From Proteromonas lacertae (Eukaryota), in the NCBI GenBank assembly GCA_002245135.1, contig NGBS01000900.1, forward strand, positions 1-64,000: 64,000 nt of DNA, in the 5' to 3' direction. A model generated the notes under the pieces. That model searched no databases. It had not been told where the DNA came from and saw only the letters and a program-made list of their open reading frames with translations. Below are positions 11,211-23,750 of this stretch, piece after piece; position 1 is the first letter of the stretch, and every line of letters begins with the position of its first letter. A program made the position numbers and the translations under genes.

Positions 11211-13454
11211 ATGAAAATAAATTCAGTTTTTATACTACTTATCCTTTCATCCCTGTCTTCATACGCATTAGGTTTTAAAATCAATCAAAAATTGATTTGT
11301 GATGGAAGTAGAAGATTTAGAGCAGATACAAAGCTCAAGTCCTGTATAAAGGTTGGTTATATTAATAATTATTACGCATTGTATGTTAATCAATACAACT
11401 CAATAAAACCAATACTTTCTTCAAATTCAACAGAATTATATTTTTCTATATATCCTCCACTTCCCGATGGTTTAAATTTAAATGCAAAAACAGGTGAAAT
11501 TAGTGGTACTCCAACAGTAGAACAATCTCTTCAAAATTATGTTGTTACTGTTAGATATTTCTTCTCAAAACCAACTAACTTCTTTGTATCAATTTCAATA
11601 GATAATAGGAACAAAAGATCTCTTGAAAATGAAGAAATATTCTTAACATCAGAAAAACACTTCAAACCATGCATACACTATAAACAAGAGAGTTATGAAT
11701 TTTTCATAGGTTTTGAAGATTCGACAGATGAAGCGTTTTGGTTAAATCCGGAAGAAGATGCTGAATTAGTTTACTCATTTGGTGAATCTAACAACAATCT
11801 ACCCTCTACTATAACAATTGATGAAGAAACAGGTAAAATAAGTGGAATTGCTCCATTAGGTTCAAACGGAACATACACTGTATCAATAGTTGTACAATTG
11901 AATATATCATCTGAAACAAAATCAGATCCTTATTATTTAACAATTAATATTATTCAACCATACTGTCCAAGTAGTAATAATTTCCCAGTAGGATTACCTG
12001 GTCAAAAAGTAGAAGGTGAATGTGATGGAGGTATGAAATTTGCTGTATGTCCAAGTGGTGAAAAATTACCAAAGTATTCTCAACCAGATACAACTTTGTG
12101 TAATCTTCAATTCACCTATACTAGTTATACATTTAAGTTCTTTTCATATTTTATGAATTCTAGTAGTGAAGCTAATCTTGGTGGAGGTATTGGTAGTTTT
12201 GTAATGGATGGTATTCCAGATAATTTGAAACATCTTTTTTCAATTGATGATTATGGAAGTGTAACTTATGATGGTAGAAATAATGCATTTAAAGCTACAA
12301 CATCCACAACTGTAAAAATAACTGGAACAGCTCCTGATGGGAAAAAATTAACTGTAAATGTAAGATATACAATTCAATTAAACAAGTGTCAAGGTGATAA
12401 AGAATACTCTTCCGTAAATATTGGTTCAAAATCAGTCAGTAAATTGGGATGTAAAGATGGTTATGTTGGTAGTGAGAAATATAGAGATTGTCTAGCAACA
12501 TCTTACCCAGCTGAATGGTCTGAAGAAAAAGGATGTACATTAGGTCCACAAATTACATATCCTAAAACCCTTTATACTTATTATTATAACTTTTACGATT
12601 CTTATGCAAAACCAAATTCTAATGATGAATTTGATGAGTATTACATTACAGCTGGTGTATTACCTACTGGTTTAGTTATGCATCCAAATGGTACAATCTC
12701 TGGCGCTCCAACTGCTGGTGGTATATATGAAATTACTATTCAAGGTAAAAAAGCTGATTATACATCCAATTTCCTAAATATTACAATTTTCGTTTATGAA
12801 CCGTTCTGTGAAGATGAAAGTGGTAAAATAGCTCATAGTGGTGAATATTATAAGAATTATACTGAATGTCCAAGATTATATGAAGGATATGTTGGGTATT
12901 ATTGTATGTTGGATAAATTAGATCCACAATTTGCACCTAATAACACAGGAATGGAATATTGTACTGTTATTAGAACTTTAGCACCAACTACTCCTTATAT
13001 TCCAATTGATTATACTTATACTGCATTTACTATATTCATAAATGGAGTTGGTAAAAAAGAACTGAGTGTATCTGAAGATAGTGTATTGATAAATTCTGTA
13101 ATAGATGTATTTAATAAGATTGATAATACATTGTATTTTACTGAAGATGATGTATTAATCACCTTAATGGATTATTCTTCAGGAACTCTTTTAAGATTCT
13201 TACAAAGCAGTTATACTGAGATTGTAGTTCAAATCACACACGAAAAATCAGAAGCATCATCTGTTACTGCTGTTATTAGAGATTTAGTTTCAGATTCATC
13301 AATGTTAGTTCAAACAATTAAAGATTTTTCAGATGATCAATTCAGTGATATGACTTCTATTACTGTCCAACAAGGAGCTAAAGGATATGATGGTAGTTGT
13401 GTATCAAATCCAATAGTGATTGTTGTGTTAGTGTTAATAATGGTTTTACTATAA
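11211..13454 (+). CDS. Secreted/surface protein with putative Ig (He_PIG) repeats, Cys-rich spacers and a C-terminal hydrophobic anchor
   Basis: Signal peptide MKINSVFILLILSSLSSYALG. Repeats LPDGLNLNAKTGEISGTP, LPSTITIDEETGKISGIAP and LPTGLVMHPNGTISGAP. Ends in IVIVVLVLIMVLL, possibly a GPI signal. Confidence 0.8.
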   Translation: MKINSVFILLILSSLSSYALGFKINQKLICDGSRRFRADTKLKSCIKVGYINNYYALYVNQYNSIKPILSSNSTELYFSIYPPLPDGLNLNAKTGEISGTPTVEQSLQNYVVTVRYFFSKPTNFFVSISIDNRNKRSLENEEIFLTSEKHFKPCIHYKQESYEFFIGFEDSTDEAFWLNPEEDAELVYSFGESNNNLPSTITIDEETGKISGIAPLGSNGTYTVSIVVQLNISSETKSDPYYLTINIIQPYCPSSNNFPVGLPGQKVEGECDGGMKFAVCPSGEKLPKYSQPDTTLCNLQFTYTSYTFKFFSYFMNSSSEANLGGGIGSFVMDGIPDNLKHLFSIDDYGSVTYDGRNNAFKATTSTTVKITGTAPDGKKLTVNVRYTIQLNKCQGDKEYSSVNIGSKSVSKLGCKDGYVGSEKYRDCLATSYPAEWSEEKGCTLGPQITYPKTLYTYYYNFYDSYAKPNSNDEFDEYYITAGVLPTGLVMHPNGTISGAPTAGGIYEITIQGKKADYTSNFLNITIFVYEPFCEDESGKIAHSGEYYKNYTECPRLYEGYVGYYCMLDKLDPQFAPNNTGMEYCTVIRTLAPTTPYIPIDYTYTAFTIFINGVGKKELSVSEDSVLINSVIDVFNKIDNTLYFTEDDVLITLMDYSSGTLLRFLQSSYTEIVVQITHEKSEASSVTAVIRDLVSDSSMLVQTIKDFSDDQFSDMTSITVQQGAKGYDGSCVSNPIVIVVLVLIMVLL

Positions 13455-13518
13455 ATGTATATGTTATTATTGCTTATTTTTCACTAAACATTTTTATTTT
13501 TTGGAAATTTATAAATAA

Positions 13519-14715
13519 TTAAATTAACAAAACAATCTTTTGATTGATTCTATCTATTTTCAATATTCCATCAGCATATAACTTATACATATATTTCTTA
13601 ACTTCATTTATACTTATCTCCAAATATTCACTTACACTATTCTCATACTCTTCTATAATCATTTCACCATCATGAATATCTAATAAATATAAACATATTC
13701 CATATATATTATTTGTTTTTGCACTTTCTATAATTATTTTTCTCAATTCATCTTTCATTTCTTTCAATTTATCACAACTATCATTGTTTATATTTACTTT
13801 ATAAGGAGTACGAATTTCATTCATTGATTCAATCTCTAAATGAATATTCTTACACTCTCTTTTCAGTTTTTTAATTTCTTTTTCTTTTTTGCTTATTTCT
13901 TCTCTTATTTCTTCATCACTCTTTTTATTCTTTTTGTTTTCATTTATATTCTTTAATTTTACTTCATTACTATCATATTGAACTTGTAATTTTTCATATT
14001 TCTCATTCAATTCTTTCACATTATACTATAAATATTAATTGAAATTCTATATATACTAATTTGTGTTCATATTCTTTTCTCAATTCAGCACATTCTTTTT
14101 CATAATTACTTAATAATTCAATTTGTTTTTTCTTCTCGGTTAATTCTTTCTCTAAATCTTCAATTTCGTGGTTATATTCTCTTTCTTTTAACATTAATTC
14201 AGTCAATTCTGCTTCTTTGCTGTGAAGTTCATTTTCTAACTCTTTTTCTTCCATAGATTCTTTTTTAGCAACAGTTTTCTCTATCTCATCTTCTTCATAC
14301 TAAATAACAATAGTAATGCATAGAATACTTTACTTAATTCTGAATTAATACTTCTTATAGACGATTGTAAACCAGCATAAGTTGATCTTAATAAATTTAC
14401 CTATATAATATATGATTTATTTGCCTTTTATACTTGAGATATAATTTCATTTAATCCCTGAGAAGAAGCGATTAACTCAATCTCATCAAATACTTCCGTG
14501 ACTGTCTTTCTATTTGCATATTGTCTATTATTAGTATTAACATTATTACAATACGGATTATCACAATAGCTATGTAATCTAGCAATTTCTGAATTTCTTG
14601 CTAATCTTCTTTTAAATGGTCTAATTTCATTTAAATGGTCATCTTCAGGACATAGCTGCTTAGTTGATTCTGCCAAATTCTGTAAACACTCCAAGATTGT
14701 TGAAGAATAAGCCAT
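13519..14715 (-). CDS. Coiled-coil protein of unknown function
   Basis: Three ORF fragments joined by short GT-AG introns; E/K-rich heptads. Confidence 0.6.
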
Positions 14716-14786
14716 TTTTGTTTATGTATTTAAATTTGTATTTCAAGCCGATTGTCAAGCATTTCGTATTGAAATTTTCTATTTAC

Positions 14787-15479
14787 ATGCAAGGGATAGC
14801 AGAAAATAATTTCGATTACCTATTTAAATTATTATTGATAGGCGATACTGGTGTTGGCAAGAGTAGGTATGTCTATAATAATAATTAATATGTGTTTAGT
14901 ATTTTGATAAGATATACAGAAAATAATTTCAGTCATAGCATTCAGAGTACAATCGGAGTAGATTTTAAAGTAAAACTAACCGAAGCGAAAGGTAAGAAAA
15001 TAAAAATGACAATTTGGGATACTGCAGGTCAAGAACGTTTTAGAACATTAACAAGTTCATATTATCGAGGAGCGCAGGGAATTATGCTAGGTATTTCTAT
15101 CTGATTATAACATTTTCTAGTTTATGATGTAACAAGAAGAGAGACCTTTGAAAATTTAGGTGCATGGGTAACAGAAGTAGATACTTATAGTCCTAATGGT
15201 GGTAAAGATGTAATAAAGTTACTAGTAGCAAATAAAATAGATATGGAGGATCAAGCAGTTTCAAGAGAAGAAGCTGAAGCTTGGGCACGTAGTAAAGGGA
15301 TGTTATTTGTAGAAGCAAGTGCAAAGACACGAGTGGGTGTAGATCAATGTTTTGAAGAATTAGTTCATAAAATATTAGATAGTCCAGTATTAATTGCTAC
15401 AGCTACAAGGAATCAAGGTCCTACTCATACAATACATGATCCATACACTCCCGCATCAGAACCTGGTGGGTGTTGTTAG
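14787..15479 (+). CDS. RAB18: Rab18 small GTPase
   Basis: [48 protein letters not shown] and a C-terminal GGCC; two GT-AG introns. Confidence 0.9.
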
Positions 15480-15576
15480 ATTTAACTAATTAATACATTA
15501 TAATTTTTTTTATTGGATATAAATACTATTGAATTATTTAAGCAAAAGCAAAATTTATAAATAAGTATAAATATAT

Positions 15577-16626
15577 CTATTTGTTAACATGCTTATTCTT
15601 ATCAAATGCATTTAGATTATCTTTACTTCCCCATAATTTACTAAAAATATCTCTATCCCTTTTCAGTAATTTAGCATCTAATGGACTATCTTCAGCATTA
15701 ATAATCAACTGTTTTACACCTTGAATTGAAGCAGAAGGATTCTTAGCAAAAGGATCAATGAAATCATTTATATCTAATAAAAACAATAAACATATATATA
15801 TATATTATATATTATACCTTTCTCTAAATCTTCTTTATTACTAATCATTTCAATATAACCCAATTCTTTAGCCACTGCAGGATGTATCTTCATACTACTA
15901 CCAATTAATTTCAACGCTTTATCTTTCCCTAATATATGTACTAATCTACCAGCACCACCCCAACCAGGTATTAATCCTAATTTACAATGAATAAACTGAA
16001 TCATTGCTTCACTTCGTCATTATACGATAATCACAGGATGTTGTAATCTCTGCACCACCACCAATAGCATACCCTTCTATTATGCAGAGTGTGATTAAAG
16101 GAAGATTTCTTATTCTCATTAAATTGTCTTGCATCATTGCACACATTCCGATTTTAGAGACTTTGTCATTGAGAAATTGCTTAGAGGTTGAGAGATCTGC
16201 TCCTGAACAAAAGGTATGATCGGCTCCTTTAAGTATTAAAACATTTCCATTGAAAGATTCAAGTGCAGTTAAATGAATTGAGAGTTGTGCAACCATTTTT
16301 GCATTTCATTGTTAAAGAATCACATGATTAAAAAATTTATAACATAAAAGATATCTAATAGCATTTTTCTTTGTTGGATTATTGATTGTTAAAGTGGCAA
16401 CATTTCCTTTCGTTTCTAATATGAAATTACCTGATCCAGGTCCTATCATAGTATAAATTAAAATATAAACATACTTGAAGAGAAACTCTTTTTGTAACAT
16501 TTCCATTTGATAAGGTTCATATCCCACATATTCTCCTAATTTTGATCTTCTTATCAGTGATTTAGAATATTGACAAAATGAATTAGCGAAACTTCTTTCA
16601 AATGAATGAGATAAAGCGAAAAACAT
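15577..16626 (-). CDS. Enoyl-CoA hydratase/crotonase family, ethylmalonyl-CoA decarboxylase (ECHDC1)-like, with probable organellar presequence
   Basis: LTINNPTKKNAI, TFCSGADL, AIGGGAEITTSCDYR, HCKLGLIPGWGG; one U12-type intron; 1-nt frameshift near 16010. Confidence 0.8.
16304..16354 (-). other. U12-type intron, AT-AA, 51 nt
   Basis: Minus strand ATATCTTTT from 16354, branch TTCTTTAAC at 16319-16311. The join AG|T restores the crotonase NA-x-S-x-x-M pattern (NAISAKM). Confidence 0.75.
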
Positions 16627-16706
16627 ATTCTGCAAAATGGGTTATTGAAAAAAGTTGTATCATTTTTGATAACCAATTTAGACATTTAAAAAGCATTATA
16701 TTTTTA

Positions 16707-17752
16707 ATGGCTGTTAGACCTCTCGATGCTCAAATAGAAGATGTATTTTGCAAAGTGCATATATTTCTTACTAGTTATACCAATGCAAATGTATATCAGA
16801 AGCTGAAGTTAAATCTCTTTGCAACAGAGCAAAGGAATTATTAATCAATGAAAATAATGTGAAAAGAATCCATTCACCTGTCACTGTATTACAGTTATAT
16901 TCATTATATAGGTGTGTGGTGATATTCATGGTCAATTCCATGATCTTTTGAAGTTATTTGAGGAGGGAGGTAAATGTCCTGAGACTAACTACTTATTTTT
17001 AGGTGATTATGTTGATAGAGGCTATCGTTGTTGTGAAACATTTTTACTTCTTCTTGCGTTAAAGGTACGATATCCAAACCGTATTACATTATTACGTGGT
17101 AATCACGAAACAAGACAAATTACTCAGGTGTATGGTTTCTACGATGAATGTTTTAAAAAATTCGGATCAATCAATGTATGGCGTTATTGTACAGATATAT
17201 TTGATTATTTAACAATAAGTGCAATAATTGATGGATCTATATTTTGTGTACATGGTGGTTTATCACCAAATATTATTTCATTAGATCAAGTATAATTTAT
17301 ATATGAAATCACATTATTTATAAAATATAGATCCGTTTAATTAATCGTAGATGCGAAGTACCTCATGAAGGTGCTATGTGTGATTTATTATGGTCAGATC
17401 CTGAAATTGTTGAATCTTGGGATATTAGTGCAAGAGGTGCTGGTTTCGTGTTTGGACATAATCAAGTGTCTGAGGTATATATATTATATATCATTATAAT
17501 ACATAGTTTAACAGATTTAATTGTTTGTCTAAGATATGTAGAGCCCATCAGTTGGTAATGGAAGGTTACAAAGAAATGTTTGATAAACAATTAGTAACAG
17601 TGTGGTCTGCACCAAATTATTGTTATAGATGTGGAAATTTAGCCTCAATAATGAATATCACAAATATTACCTATAATTATACTGTATTTGAAGCATCAGA
17701 TCGTCAAGACTCTGATCCTCCTGTCCCCACAGTGTCTGAATATTTCTTGTAA
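16707..17752 (+). CDS. PPP4C: Ser/Thr protein phosphatase 4 catalytic subunit
   Basis: [60 protein letters not shown] and a C-terminal YFL; four GT-AG introns. Confidence 0.88.
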
Positions 17753-18001
17753 TAATAGATATATTTATAGGTATAAATAAATAATCATATATTTTAATAA
17801 TAAATAATTAATTCATATATACAGATCTATTATTAATAATATTATTATTATTACTGCTAACTTGATTGTTGATTTATGTTTTTGTGGGAGTATCTATTAT
17901 TAAATAAATACATATAATATTACAAACACTAAACAAATAAAACATATTAGATTTTCCTAATAACACTAGACTAACTAATTATAATTAAACTAATCTACGA
18001 G

Positions 18002-18637
18002 TCAATTGGTATCAATTTTTGGCATTTTATTTGGAGCATTACTACTACTATCAGAAGAAGAGAGTAAATTTCTAGAATCTACTAATGCTTCTGGAATATT
18101 GTCCATAGCTAATGGTCTCTTGTATGTTGCTCTTTTATGAGATATTATAATATTATCACCTGCTTCTATTCTTGCTATATCAAACAGTAGTTTTTGATAT
18201 CTTGCTCTAATATCTTCTGGGCTTTTTCCTGGTATTCTTTGACTAATTAGAACCCAACGATCAGTAGAATCTCCTACATCTCTCAGGCCTTGTTCAAATA
18301 ACGCATCTTCCTCATAAGTCCACTCAGAATCAGAACCGTTCTTGGGATATAATTCATCAACATTTTGTGAAGCTGTATTAGCAATCTCCTTTATAATATA
18401 CTTATTCTAAATATAAATACTTGTAATTTTAGAAAATATTTATGCGCGTGCCTTTTAACCTCATTAAAACTTTTGGTAGCCACATAGTCTGTGATTGCTT
18501 GCCAACCTATACAAATTATTCACATTTTCATACCTTTATCATCATTAGCATATCTTTCGAGACCTTCTACAAATTTCTGATGTTCAACAACTGTCCAATT
18601 CTAAAATATATTTTTGAAATATTTATACATCTTCCAT
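18002..18637 (-). CDS. Two-Myb/SANT transcription factor (SHAQKYF class)
   Basis: Not in the ORF track. Spliced model reads WTVVEHQKFVEGLERY..GWQAITDYVATKSFNEVKRHAHKYF and WTYEEDALFEQGL...DRWVLISQRIPGKSPEDIRARY; three GT-AG introns. Confidence 0.85.
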
Positions 18638-18793
18638 AATGAGAAATTACAAATTAAAAATTATTAACTACTCAAGCTTGCTCAAACCTTGATACTTCAT
18701 CCAATCATTTTTCTTTTGTTGATATTTTCATCAAATAAATAAGAATACTAAAAAGAAAACTCATATAAACAAAAATCTAATTATTAATAAGGA

Positions 18794-20367
18794 TTAGCAC
18801 GTTAAATTCAATGGTTTCGATGAATATCCACCTGTTTTTTCGTACTATTTCAAGTATAGATAAAAATAATGAAATATTGTGTATGTATATATATACGAAA
18901 TTCTTTACTTGTTGAAAATACTCTTTTGCTTGAGGATAATTACTATCTGCATTTAAAACAGTTTGAAAATCTTTTATTGCTTTCTGCAAACTATTCTGAT
19001 TAGTTAACCTAGTAAATATATTTTATAATTAAATAATACGCAACAGCTCTTACAAAATATGCATCAATATAATCATCACAAATTTGAATGGCTTGTGTAA
19101 GAAGGTCAATAGCTTCTTTGTATTTCCCTTCTTGAGTCTTTTGCTTTCCTAACATCGTTCTATTAAAATAAAATAATATAGATTATTCCTTTCTTTTGCC
19201 CATTTTTGATTTTGTGATTCTCTCATATGATCAAAATAGAATCTCTCTTCAAATGTGTCTGTATTGATTAGTGATTTATTTGGATATACTCCATAGAATC
19301 TAATCATATTGTCTAACGAATAAGGATTATTGAAATAATCATCATTTTCTAAATCTTTATTATACCTAATAACAATTATAATTCTTATATAAAATACGAT
19401 TTGTCTTTATTATCGATATAATACTGTAAATTATTCATTTTTGAAAAACCAAAGTACGGATTGTCATCAATAGGAATATTATTCTTATAATGATTGTTGT
19501 GATTTCACAATATCACCATTTTCAATACCACAATTTGATAAAGCTTTATCAACTGATTTATTACTTCTCATATTTTCAACAATTTCATGTATTGATGGAA
19601 TAATACTTGGTTTATCATTTTTATTGGCTGTTTCAAATGTTGGTATAATAATTGGGGAATGTGGTGGTGAAGGTAAAGGTAATGCTGATGATAATAGTAT
19701 TTGTTAATTTTGAATCACGAGGAGTATTTGGATTATGTTCAACATTGTTATTAAATTTAGGAGGTTGTTGTAATTCTTTTGATCTTTTCGGTGAAGGTGA
19801 AGGTGAATGTGAAGAAGTAGTAGTAGAAGAAGAAGAAGAGGAGGAGGAGGATATTGATATATGTGAATGAGAATGAGAATTATATTTTTGATGAAAATTT
19901 GTGTAAGAATCTTTTATTTTTGGTTTATATTGTTGTTGTTCTTTATCTATTATCTGAGATGAACTATGATGCGAATGAGTAGAACTAGAATGATATCTAT
20001 CTCTATAATTCTTTGAACGAGATCTGGAATGGGATTTATGTGACTTTGATGAATGCGAAGATTGATGAGAATTGGGCGAATTATAATGACTGTGATGATG
20101 TTTTGGAGAATGGTAGTGATGAGTTTTTCTAGTTCTACTATCTGTTTCATAGTTATTTTTCATTTCATATTCATTATTCTCTGATCTCTTCCTTTTATAA
20201 CTATTATCATCCATTCCATTATCTCTACAATCTTCATTTCTTTGTTTGTTTGAATTACTACTTCGATGAAGGAATATTGGTGGTTTATCTTGCTTATCTG
20301 TTGTTAAACTACTTAATAAAGGTCTTGTTGGTCTTATTGAATTCGAAGATGCATTATTTAACGACAT
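18794..20367 (-). CDS. TPR protein, TTC14-like, with a His/Ser-rich N-terminus
   Basis: FNNPYS...RESQNQKWAKERTMLGK...EAIDLLTQAIQI...DAYFVRAVAL...QKAIKDFQTVL. Several frameshifts in 19400-19700; 3' end approximate. Confidence 0.6.
19160..19188 (-). other. Putative non-canonical GA-AG intron, 29 nt
   Basis: AG|GAATAATCT...TTTAATAG|A. Removal is needed to keep the frame WAKE-R-TMLG, and no GT or in-phase GC donor is nearby. Confidence 0.55.
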
Positions 20368-20454
20368 AAATCAAATTCAAAATTACCAAACGAATCTATT
20401 TTACTAATTATTCCAAAAAATAGGGTCGTTTTTAATTTTGCATTATGATAAATT

Positions 20455-22893
20455 ATGGCTACTAAGAGAAGAAAACTAGCTCAATCTGCAGATAATGATG
20501 AGGAAGTAAGATAAATATTGCATTATATTCATAAACTAGGGTGAAGATGAAGTGTTTATACTAAAACATAAGAATACTGCTTTAGCAGATCAGTTTTTTC
20601 TTCAGAAGGGTGAAATAAATAGACTAAAGGAAGAAAATGCAAAATTAGCGATTGATATTCAACATAGAGACTCATATGTCCAATGTCTGTCCAATCAGTG
20701 GAATAATTTGCATGATTCAATTGAATTACTTAAATCAACAATATCTCCTCCGACTGACGTATAAATATATACAATTATTAATTATATTTTCTTTTAACTA
20801 GTCCCCATCCTGTAATATATATGAATCCTACCTTCAATCCTTAGACTCTTTCCTAGACTTAGATTATTCAATGATAGGCAACATAGACATTGATAAATAT
20901 GAAGGAGTATAATATTATCAATTTTAATTGTTCTATTAGACTGTTGATGTAAAAACTGACACTTGTAAATTTGAATCAGAAATTACATCCCAGTTTAATT
21001 GGGTAAATGCTACAATCAAAGACTTTATTTCGTTATTAGGTAATATATCAATAAACAAAGAAGCAGTTATTGAAGCTCAAATATCTGAACTAGACAAAGT
21101 AAATGCAACGCTACAAAGCTATAAACATACAGTATATATATATATATATATATATATCTGTAAATAGAAGAGAGAATCTGACAATAAATACAATAGTTTA
21201 TTACACAAATATAATACTTTAAGTAAAGATTTATTATCAATGGAAAAGAAGTTGCATCTCTACGAATTAGAGATATTAAATTATAAGAATAATACAGTTA
21301 GTGCTAATTCTAGTGCTACAAAAGAAGAACCAGTAAATATTAAACAAGAACAATCATCATCATCTTCATTATCATCCTCAACAACAACAACAACAACAAC
21401 AAATAATAATAATAATAATAATAATACAATATCAGAACCTCTTCAAACTTCAACTCAAGCCTCTTCAAAACCACTTTCAACCTCTACAGATCCTAACGAC
21501 ATTAACGACGTCTCTGAATTAAGACTAATGTTAAAAGATAAAGATAACAGACATGAAAAATTACAAGAACAATTTCAGAAATTACTTGCAAGATTGAATC
21601 AACTACAGTATCAACAATCTGATGAAGCTAATGGTGGTGGAAGTGATGGTAGCAATGGTAATACTACAAATCCAACAATAGTAGCATTGCAAACAAAGGT
21701 AGATGAATATGAGAAACAGATAGAGGACTTTAAAAAAGAAATAGAGAAATATCAAGAGATTAAAGTAGAAAAAGATGAAGAGATTATGTATGAAAAATCA
21801 AATTATAAAAATGTAATATCAGAGCTGTCAAAAAGATATGATAATGAATTATCAAGAATTACAAATGAAAGAATTAAATTAAATGAACAAATTAAATCAT
21901 TAAAAGATCAAGTGAAGGAGTATCAAGATAAAGAAAATGAAAGGGAAATATCTTCCAAAACATTTAAATATTATGAAGAGATGATTTCTAACTTGACTAA
22001 ACAATTAGAGACTGCAAATAAACTGAATCAAGATTTAGGAGCTAATTGTAAAGATCATCCTGATGAAGAAACACTATTGAAACAGATAGATACACTTAGT
22101 ATATATATATATATTGTATGAATTATATAAAATTAGATGTTCAATTACAACAACTGACTGAACAAAATAAGAATTTATTGACTCAAGTAAGAGGTAAAGA
22201 TTTATATATTGGTAAACTAACATCTGATAAATTGAACGCTGAGAATCTCAAAATCGATTTAATGAGAGAAAAAGAATTGTTATTAAAGCAAGTCTCAGAG
22301 AGTAAGAAGAATGAAGAGAACTGTCAAAATACACTTAGCGACTATAAAGCAACATTTGACTTGTTTGAAAGACATGTATGATCAAGTTTTATATATATAT
22401 ATAGAAGAAAGATGTAGAAGAAGAAAATGGACAGTTGGCTAAAGATAAACAACAATTAAGTTATCAACTTACTGATATCCAATCAAAATATAAAGAATTA
22501 TCAACGAAATCTGAAACCAATGAATTGAAGAATAAAGAGATGTACACTAAGATCACTGAACTTACTACTGCATTAGAAAACTGTAAGAAGAAAAAACGAA
22601 AAGCTGAAGACGATATTAAGGTGTATAAGAGAAGATTAGAGAATAATGGACAAAATGTTGATTTAATTGATTCTGCAGAATTAGAAACTTTGAAATTACA
22701 AAATCAGGATTATAGAATAGCATTAATGTGTAGTTTGTGTAGCGATAATAGAAAGAATTGTGTTATCACTAAGTGTGGACATATGTTTTGTAGTGAATGT
22801 ATTGAAAAGAATTTTAAAGCAAGAAATAGAAAATGTCCCAAATGTGCTTGTCAATATGGACAGGAAGACTTCAAATCAGCATGGTTGGATTAA
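20455..22893 (+). CDS. BRE1: E3 ubiquitin ligase BRE1 (RNF20/40) homolog
   Basis: Long coiled coils and a terminal RING, CSLCSDNRKNCVITKCGHMFCSECIEKNFKARNRKCPKC; about six GT-AG introns. Confidence 0.85.
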
Positions 22894-23037
22894 GAAATAT
22901 ATATTAATTTTATTTGTTTTCTTTTTCTTACTACATATATAGGTTTAAAAGACACTCACTTCTTTACATAAATTTTTCATTTTTACTTACACCAAGCCAA
23001 GCTTATTTTTCATTCTGTTTGTTATTGTAATTGATGA

Positions 23038-23616
23038 ATGGATAACTGTGATTGTAGTTTTGAACATGATTTTAAATTAAATTCTTCTGAAAAGCCAGAT
23101 TATAATTATGATATATATCAGACTTTGTGTTTCGATTATGATTTCTTAGATGAACAAAACAAATCGCCCGACTGTTCTGATAAAGAACAAACGAAAGACA
23201 GTTATACAAATGATTATTTGTTTGATGATACAGATTATACAGAAAACGAAGTACAAGAAGATAGTTTTATTATATATACCCCTAAGAATGTACTACAGAA
23301 ATCTATTGATTTTATCGAAGACCCAGATAAAGTTATTTGTAAATATTGTAATACAAAAATAGAGAAATCAGAGTGTTTTGTTTTTAAAGAAGATTCTAAT
23401 TCATTTGTATGTATAAATTGTGCAATTAAAGGACATATATCACAAAAGAATTTGATAGATTGGGAAGAAACTCATTCAAAACATGATTATCCTAGACTAA
23501 AAAGATGTACTAGGTGTGGTAGATACAAAAATAAGAATAGATTTAAAGATAGAATAAAGTATTGTAGTTATTGTTCACTAAAAAAGAAACTGTCTTATGT
23601 GTATAAAAATAAATAG
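23038..23616 (+). CDS. Hypothetical protein with CxxC zinc-finger pairs
   Basis: 192-aa intronless ORF with CKYC/CINC and CTRC/CSYC pairs and an acidic N-terminus. Confidence 0.6.
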   Translation: MDNCDCSFEHDFKLNSSEKPDYNYDIYQTLCFDYDFLDEQNKSPDCSDKEQTKDSYTNDYLFDDTDYTENEVQEDSFIIYTPKNVLQKSIDFIEDPDKVICKYCNTKIEKSECFVFKEDSNSFVCINCAIKGHISQKNLIDWEETHSKHDYPRLKRCTRCGRYKNKNRFKDRIKYCSYCSLKKKLSYVYKNK

Positions 23617-23750
23617 AATTTTAACTTAACTACTGTGTCTATATATCATTTTTATTTAATAAAACAAGCAATAGTAAAATTCATTTTAATTTGTTTAAAT
23701 TATTGTATATTAATATATGCTTATTATAACTATATAACAATTTGCCATTT

